Below are positions 59,418 through 64,000 of a DNA stretch of 64,000 nucleotides, piece after piece. Numbering within the stretch: the stretch's first letter is position 1; every line of letters starts with the position of its first letter. Both the position numbers and the translations under genes were made by a program. Below the pieces are notes generated by a model that saw only the letters and a list, made by a program, of their open reading frames with translations, ran no database searches and was not told where the DNA came from. The stretch lies in assembly GCA_902553315.1 (NCBI GenBank), contig CACDKN010000001.1, positions 216,145 through 280,144 of the forward strand, written 5' to 3'. This DNA is from an uncultured SAR86 cluster bacterium. Lineage in GTDB: Bacteria > Pseudomonadota > Gammaproteobacteria > Magnimaribacterales > AG-339-G14.

Positions 59418-59426
59418 TGGGGGTAT
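59410..59426. promoter_or_regulatory. CsoR-type operator candidate: ATACCC-N5-GGGTAT inverted repeat overlapping the first start codon of the islet A operon
   Basis: Plus-strand text is ATACCCattggGGGTAT. The C/G tract is conspicuous in this AT-rich sequence. The ATG (59417-59415) lies inside the repeat. A TAAAAT hexamer lies immediately upstream on the coding strand. Confidence 0.45.
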
Positions 59427-59465
59427 TTTAGTATTATTGTGTTGGTTTTAAAAAGTTTATTTCGT

Positions 59466-59511
59466 TGGTGCCCAGAGGTGGAATCGAACCACCGACACAA
59501 GGATTTTCAGT
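59466..59511 (-). repeat. tRNA-Phe 3'-half copy 2 (internal att-like repeat, exact)
   Basis: tggtgcccagaggtggaatcgaaccaccgacacaaggattttcagt is identical to 61522-61567. Confidence 0.85.
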
Positions 59512-59560
59512 TCATGACTCGAGAATAGAAACCCTTTATTATTCCATGTTCCAAACTCTT

Positions 59561-59584
59561 CTGTTCACCTAACTGTTCACCAAA
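59561..59584 (+). repeat. tandem 12-bp motif CTGTTCACC(T/A)AA x2 at the left end of islet B
   Basis: Read directly as ctgttcacctaa ctgttcaccaaa. A related copy lies at 61469-61483. Confidence 0.4.
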
Positions 59585-59747
59585 TAGTTAAAATTAAATG
59601 TTATTTTCTTAGAAATATGAACATCAAAGATAGAGTTTTTCAATGAGAAGATTCTATTATGCATCAAAGTATCGAAAAGGTTCTTTTGAGATTATATAAT
59701 TGAACTTATGATTATTGAAAATAATTACTATGGGAAATTGATACAAG

Positions 59748-60680
59748 ATGCATAAGACTTCTCACTCAGTAATGTTTCACCACTTTCATGATGACAAACA
59801 TTTGCGTGCTCAAGGCAGTTTAAGTTCATCTGACTTTATCCAAATGATTGACTGGTTAAACAAACACTATTCAATTTTGGGTGCCAGTCAATATAAGGAG
59901 AAGTTTGAAAACGGCACTTTAAAAAATACAGATATATGCATGTCTTTTGATGACGCATTGAAGTGCCAATACGACATTGCTGTTCCAGTGATGGAGAGAT
60001 TGGGTATTGAAGCATTCTTCTTCGTTTACAGCAGTGCTTTCGGTCAAAACCCCGACCCATTGGAAATCTATAGGTATTTTAGAACTGTTTGCTATTTTGA
60101 TATTGACAAGTTTTATGAAGATTTTTTTGATTCAGTTGAGCAAATAGATACGAAAGAATTTTCTCGGCATCATGCCAAATACTTAGAACTAAATTACCTA
60201 GCAGCATTTCCCTTTTATACCGAAAACGACAAATGGTTCCGATATCTCCGAGACCAGTATCTAGTTGGAAATCAATACGATGAACTCATGAATGAGTTGA
60301 TGATTCAAAATGATTTTGATGCGAATGCTGCAAAGAAAGACCTATGGATGTCAGAAGAAGATTTGGTTGCTACAGAGTCTAAAGGTCATCTGATTGGTTT
60401 GCACTCATACTCACATCCAACTCAGATGAGCAAATTAAGTAAAGAAAAGCAAGAATTGGAATATCAAAAGAATTATGACCATCTTAAGGGTTTAATTGGA
60501 AAACCTATTAGAGTCATGTCACATCCATGTGGTGACTACAACGAAACCACTCTAGAAATTCTTAAGAGTATGAAAATAGACATTGGATTCAGGTCTAATA
60601 TGTCCTTAACAGAAATTCGTTCCCCTCTTGAGATTCCTAGAGAAGACCATGCCAATGTCTTCAAGGCAATGCGTCTATGA
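59748..60680 (+). CDS. polysaccharide deacetylase (CE4/NodB-like) family protein
   Basis: 310 aa with MSFDDAL (the D-D motif) and HSYSHP (the His-His motif). Confidence 0.65.
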   Translation: MHKTSHSVMFHHFHDDKHLRAQGSLSSSDFIQMIDWLNKHYSILGASQYKEKFENGTLKNTDICMSFDDALKCQYDIAVPVMERLGIEAFFFVYSSAFGQNPDPLEIYRYFRTVCYFDIDKFYEDFFDSVEQIDTKEFSRHHAKYLELNYLAAFPFYTENDKWFRYLRDQYLVGNQYDELMNELMIQNDFDANAAKKDLWMSEEDLVATESKGHLIGLHSYSHPTQMSKLSKEKQELEYQKNYDHLKGLIGKPIRVMSHPCGDYNETTLEILKSMKIDIGFRSNMSLTEIRSPLEIPREDHANVFKAMRL

Positions 60681-61459
60681 AAGTCACTATTTTCAGCAGC
60701 AACCAACCACGACACCTAAACATCGCAAAGGAGTTTTCAAAAATTTGTGATTCAGTCTTTCTGGTTAGTGAAGTAAATACCGTGTTTCCTGGTCAAGTTA
60801 ACGACTTTTACAAAAAGTCGGAAATAATGCAGACATACTTCCAAAATGTAATTCAATCAGAAAGAAACATATTTGGTGACATCAGTTTCATGCCACACAA
60901 CGTGAGAAACCTCTCCATTAAATCAGGGGACTTAAATAAACTTAGTAGAAAGCAACTATCTGATGCACTTCAATCCGATGTCTATGTTGTCTTTGGTGCT
61001 AGTTACATCAAAGGGTGGTTAATTGATTTTCTTATAGAACATCGTGCAATAAACATTCACATGGGTCTTTCTCCTTATTACAGAGGTTCCTCATGCAATT
61101 TTTGGGCACTCTTTGATAATAATCCAAGTTATGTGGGAGCAACCATACATCTGTTGAGCAAAGGTTTGGATAGTGGGGATATGCTTTTCCACTGTGTCCC
61201 AAAACTTCATCCAGAAGACACTCCATTTGACTTTACTATGCGTTCAGTATTAGTAGCACAGCAAGGTTTGGTCTCTTTGGTTGACTCCAAATTAATATTC
61301 TCTGCCCCCACAGTAAAACAGGATAAATCACAAGAAATACGATATACAAAGAACCAAGATTTTACAGATGATGTTGCAAAAGAGTTCTTAGATAGAAATC
61401 TTCAATTGAATCCAGATTCATTTTCATATCCTAAGTTATTGAATCCTATTTTTGGTTAA
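60677..61459 (+). CDS. formyltransferase-like protein (Fmt/PurN N-domain fold)
   Basis: 260 aa. INIHMGLSPYYRGSSCNFWALFDN...GATIHLLSKGLDSGDML parallels the N-I-H...G-x-T-I-H...D-x-G core of formyltransferases. It overlaps the upstream gene by 4 nt. Confidence 0.55.
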   Translation: MKVTIFSSNQPRHLNIAKEFSKICDSVFLVSEVNTVFPGQVNDFYKKSEIMQTYFQNVIQSERNIFGDISFMPHNVRNLSIKSGDLNKLSRKQLSDALQSDVYVVFGASYIKGWLIDFLIEHRAINIHMGLSPYYRGSSCNFWALFDNNPSYVGATIHLLSKGLDSGDMLFHCVPKLHPEDTPFDFTMRSVLVAQQGLVSLVDSKLIFSAPTVKQDKSQEIRYTKNQDFTDDVAKEFLDRNLQLNPDSFSYPKLLNPIFG

Positions 61460-61468
61460 TTTTTATAA

Positions 61469-61483
61469 TCACCAACTGTTCAC
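61469..61483 (+). repeat. TCACCAACTGTTCAC motif at the right end of islet B
   Basis: Matches CACC(T)AACTGTTCAC at 59566-59580 in the same orientation, 38 nt from the tRNA 3' end. Confidence 0.35.
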
Positions 61484-61521
61484 TTATTTTTATCTCGAAA
61501 ACTCTAAAAACATTGAAGGAA

Positions 61522-61597
61522 TGGTGCCCAGAGGTGGAATCGAACCACCGACACAAGGATTTTCAGTCCTTTGCTCTACCAACTGAGCTATCTGGGC
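61522..61597 (-). tRNA. tRNA-Phe (anticodon GAA), CCA encoded
   Basis: The reverse complement GCCCAGATAGCTCAGTTGGTAGAGCAAAGGACTGAAAATCCTTGTGTCGGTGGTTCGATTCCACCTCTGGGCACCA folds by hand into a 76-nt cloverleaf with 7/4/5/5-bp stems and is very close to E. coli tRNA-Phe. Confidence 0.92.
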
Positions 61598-61611
61598 TTG
61601 GGAAAGAAAAT

Positions 61612-61640
61612 ATCTTAGAAGAATCGTCTTTAATGCGCAA
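61612..61640 (-). promoter_or_regulatory. candidate sigma-70 promoter for tRNA-Phe (TTGCGC-N17-TAAGAT)
   Basis: Hexamers read on the minus strand. The -10 element ends 14 nt before the mature 5' end. Hexamer matches are weak and AT-rich sequence gives many chance hits. Confidence 0.25.
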
Positions 61641-61680
61641 TCAATTTAGAATATATGTTTAGCAAAAGGGGAGAGTTTTA

Positions 61681-63675
61681 TTGCCTAAGAAAAAATTAAA
61701 ATGGGGAGTAATTGGAAATGGGGGAATCGCCAATGCTTTTTCTCATTCGATCAAACATTCTGAAACTTCAGAACTTCAAGCGGTATTCGGAAGGAATGAA
61801 ACTAAAGTAAAGAATTTTGCACAAAAACATGAAATAGATTCTTTCGACAAACTAGATAATTTTTTGAAAAGCGGCATTGAAGCGGTCTATGTAGCTACTC
61901 CTCATGTTTCTCATTTCAAATATTCTTTGGACTGCATAAGAAGTAATCTTCATGTGTTGTGTGAAAAACCTTTAACGATAAATTCCTCTGAATCAACGAT
62001 ATTAATTAATGAAGCCCAAAAAAGAGAAGTTTTTCTTATGGAGGCATTTATGTATAGATGTCACCCTCAGACTTTTAAGATTTTGGAGTACATTGAAAAG
62101 CATTTTTCCAATAAAAGAGTTTTTTTAAAGAGTTCATTTGGCTTTAGTGCTGACGTGTCAAAAGAGCATAGATTAAGAAATCCAAAGTTAGCAGGAGGTG
62201 CAATTCTAGATGTAGGTTGCTATCCCTTATCTATGGCGAGACTAATTGGCGGAAAGCTAACAGGTCTCCCTTTTGCAGAGCCTTCTAAAATAACCGTAGA
62301 AGGGGAGTTAGATGAAACCGGTGTTGATGCTAAATCAATATCGACGATTAAATTTTCAGAAAATATTTCTGCAGAAATCAAGACGGCTATTAATGAGAAC
62401 TATGAAAACAATTTGATTGTTGAAGCAGAAAACTTGAGATTAGAAATTTCTGACCCTTGGCATTGCGGACAATTTAACAATGGCATTTCTTCGGTTAAAT
62501 TTATTAATCAAGGAAAAGAAGAAATCATCCAGATAAATGATGAAGTAGGATTGTTTACTAGAGAAATTGATGAGGCGGCAAATTGCATAGCTCAAAATAA
62601 TTTCGAATCGTCTTTGATGTCCCATAAGGATACTTTAGGAAACATTCTTTCCTTAGAAAAATGGTATTCCAAGCTAGGAGTAATTTACCCAAGCAACGAA
62701 ATCAAAAATTCTCCAATAATTGATCATTATTTTCATTTAGATTCCAACTTAGAAAAAGATACAACTGAAATACTAGGAAAATCAACTCCGAAAGTAGTCT
62801 TTGGTTGTGATAATCAAATTTCAGATTTACATGCCTACTGTATGTTTGAACATTTCTATCAACAAGGTGGAAGAATTTTTGATACCGCTTACATCTACAA
62901 CAATGGTCTTTCAGATAAATACCTCGGCAATTGGATAAGAAAAAAAAATATTCAAGACGAGGTGATTATTCTTGGAAAGGGCGCCCATACACCACAGTGT
63001 GAACCAAGTTTTATAGAGCCTCAAATAAAAGAATCTTTAAAGAGACTTAGCTTAAATAAATTTGATATTTATTGTTTGCATAGAGATAACCCTGAAGTTC
63101 CTGTAGGCGAATTTATTGATAAATTAAATGAATTAAAACAAGCTGGATTCATTTCAATTTTGGGTGCGTCAAATTGGAGTCTTAATAGGTTTAGTGAGGC
63201 AAATGAATATGCCGAAGCTAATGATAAAGAAGGATTTAAAGTATTGAGTAACAACTTTAGTTTGGCAGAAATGAATCAGCCTGTTTGGCCTGGTTGTTTG
63301 AGGTGTGATGAAGAATTTTTAGATTACGTAATTAAGAATAATATTTATTTGTTTCCATGGTCCAGTCAGGCTCGTGGATTTTTTGTACAACAACAATCAT
63401 TCCCAAAAGTTGCCCATGGAGCTAACCCAACTCTGGAAGAAGAATTAAGGGTTTGGCATAGCCGGTCAAATTTAGATAGAAGAGAGAGGTGTTTTCATTT
63501 GGCCGGTGAATTAGGTTGCACGGCAATTGAGTTAGCATTAGCTTACGTCATCAATAGACATGAAAATATTTTTCCTTTAATTGGTCCAAGAAATCTATTT
63601 GAATCGGAGAGTTGTATGCGAGCCTTGTCAATCAAACTTACAAGCAAACAAATTACCTTTTTATTAAATGGATAA
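61681..63675 (+). CDS. bifunctional fusion: Gfo/Idh/MocA-family oxidoreductase (N-terminal) plus aldo/keto reductase (C-terminal)
   Basis: 664 aa with a TTG start 7 nt after AAAGGGGAGAG. The N-terminal half has WGVIGNGGIA and LCEKPL. The C-terminal half has FDTAYIY..G.S..YLG, YCLHRDN and LGASNW. Confidence 0.75.
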   Translation: MPKKKLKWGVIGNGGIANAFSHSIKHSETSELQAVFGRNETKVKNFAQKHEIDSFDKLDNFLKSGIEAVYVATPHVSHFKYSLDCIRSNLHVLCEKPLTINSSESTILINEAQKREVFLMEAFMYRCHPQTFKILEYIEKHFSNKRVFLKSSFGFSADVSKEHRLRNPKLAGGAILDVGCYPLSMARLIGGKLTGLPFAEPSKITVEGELDETGVDAKSISTIKFSENISAEIKTAINENYENNLIVEAENLRLEISDPWHCGQFNNGISSVKFINQGKEEIIQINDEVGLFTREIDEAANCIAQNNFESSLMSHKDTLGNILSLEKWYSKLGVIYPSNEIKNSPIIDHYFHLDSNLEKDTTEILGKSTPKVVFGCDNQISDLHAYCMFEHFYQQGGRIFDTAYIYNNGLSDKYLGNWIRKKNIQDEVIILGKGAHTPQCEPSFIEPQIKESLKRLSLNKFDIYCLHRDNPEVPVGEFIDKLNELKQAGFISILGASNWSLNRFSEANEYAEANDKEGFKVLSNNFSLAEMNQPVWPGCLRCDEEFLDYVIKNNIYLFPWSSQARGFFVQQQSFPKVAHGANPTLEEELRVWHSRSNLDRRERCFHLAGELGCTAIELALAYVINRHENIFPLIGPRNLFESESCMRALSIKLTSKQITFLLNG

Positions 63676-63676
63676 A

Positions 63677-64000
63677 TTATTTAAAAGAAAGTTTTTCTTT
63701 TAAGTGAATATTTTCTGAAGAAGAGCCAATTAAAATTTCGTATTCACCTTCTTTTAATTTCCAATTTTTTGAATTGATGTCCCAATAAGAAAAATTTCTT
63801 TCATCTAATTCAAGGGTCACTAATTTTGTTTGTCCTTTTTTTATTCTTACTTTAATAAATGCTTCAAGAGTTTTAAGTGGTTCATTTTTGTTTGGACTTG
63901 GAGAACTGACATAACATTGAATTATCTCTTTTCCTTCTCTTTTTCCAATATTTGAAACTTCAAGATTGCAATAAACTTTTTTATTTTTTTGAATGAGACT
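63677..64000 (-). CDS. glycoside hydrolase family 3 protein, C-terminal fibronectin-III-like domain (N-terminus beyond the window)
   Basis: Absent from the track because it is edge-truncated. Hand translation gives ...CNLEVSNIGKREGKEIIQCYVSSPSPNKNEPLKTLEAFIKVRIKKGQTKLVTLELDERNFSYWDINSKNWKLKEGEYEILIGSSSENIHLKEKLSFK*, which matches the typical GH3 C-terminal Fn3-like pattern. Confidence 0.65.
   Translation of the reverse strand, partial: SLIQKNKKVYCNLEVSNIGKREGKEIIQCYVSSPSPNKNEPLKTLEAFIKVRIKKGQTKLVTLELDERNFSYWDINSKNWKLKEGEYEILIGSSSENIHLKEKLSFK

Larger units (their letters stand above)
57700..59465 (-). mobile_element. islet A: about 1.77 kb segment between att-like repeats, consisting of one metal-related operon and no integrase
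   Basis: Bounded by repeat copies 1 and 2. It contains exactly four co-directional, overlapping or abutting genes. Confidence 0.5.
59512..61521 (+). mobile_element. islet B: about 2.0 kb segment between att-like repeat 2 and the intact tRNA-Phe, carrying a two-gene sugar-modification cassette and no integrase
   Basis: Bounded by repeat copy 2 and the tRNA 3' end. It contains two overlapping plus-strand genes. Confidence 0.45.

Noticed and set aside
57700-61521. Whether the two islets differ in base composition from the flanks.
   Set aside because: Spot counts of 60-nt lines gave 33-37% G+C inside and about 35% outside. I cannot show a difference by eye, so no compositional claim is made. 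A sliding-window GC and codon-usage calculation is needed.
3451-63254. The remaining 60-100 aa track ORFs nested in or antisense to larger genes. Examples: 3451-3639, 3752-3946, 3949-4146, 8961-9215, 10956-11156, 11658-11894, 15659-16041, 17640-18025, 20504-20695, 23572-23787, 25692-25985, 28833-29024, 29487-29681, 31909-32106, 35935-36123, 37114-37314, 38203-38611, 39441-39731, 40935-41183, 45006-45254, 46342-46539, 49728-50061, 50197-50406, 52237-52479, 53221-54051, 54247-54531, 54801-55010, 55942-56594, 57234-57560, 59836-60060, 61032-61226, 62440-62625 and 63069-63254.
   Set aside because: Each is fully overlapped by a longer ORF with clear family motifs, and none shows a motif I recognise. 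I treat them as chance ORFs.
1-64000. A search for CRISPR arrays, IS elements or transposases, integrases, phage genes, toxin-antitoxin pairs, reverse transcriptases and rRNA.
   Set aside because: No spaced short repeats, no recombinase or transposase-like ORF, no RT motifs and no rRNA-like sequence appeared in any intergenic region or ORF I read. The only repeats found are the tRNA-Phe 3' copies and the CTGTTCAC motifs.

Overview
AT-rich, very tightly packed bacterial chromosome segment. Spot counts on a few 60-nt lines gave about 33-37% G+C. About 70 genes are present, almost all with recognisable functions.

Housekeeping synteny is gammaproteobacterial and Pseudomonas-like: rpoH-thiS-thiG-trmB, rdgB-metW-metX-yggT-proC-yggS, and lgt-thyA-folA. 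Together with two TonB-dependent receptors, a TonB2-type cluster, a TRAP transporter, a sulfatase and many small redox and catabolic genes, this suggests a streamlined marine gammaproteobacterium. A SAR86-like organism is only a guess and is inference.

No rRNA, CRISPR array, IS element, transposase, integrase or phage genes were seen.

The most unusual region is 57.6-61.6 kb. One intact tRNA-Phe(GAA) is followed by two further direct copies of its 3' 46 nt. These delimit two tiny integrase-less islets stacked at the tRNA.
- Islet A is a single four-gene operon: outer-membrane barrel, His-rich periplasmic HMA protein, MerT-like CC membrane protein and a CsoR-family repressor. A CsoR-type inverted repeat sits on its first start codon, and there is no reductase or efflux pump.
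- Islet B is a deacetylase plus formyltransferase-like pair bracketed by CTGTTCAC(C) motifs.

Other points of interest:
- an ACAD / APH-kinase / small-protein triad resembling LvaC/LvaA/LvaB and ACAD10/11, sitting inside a split TRAP locus
- a ZapE gene whose Walker-A-encoding N-terminus has no ATG/GTG/TTG start
- a Gfo/Idh/MocA-aldo/keto reductase fusion
- a TBDR-regulator-sulfatase-DedA-TBDR locus

Three coding stretches are missing from the supplied ORF track and were recovered by hand translation: both window edges and the ZapE N-terminus. Coordinates I derived by hand may be off by 1-2 nt.
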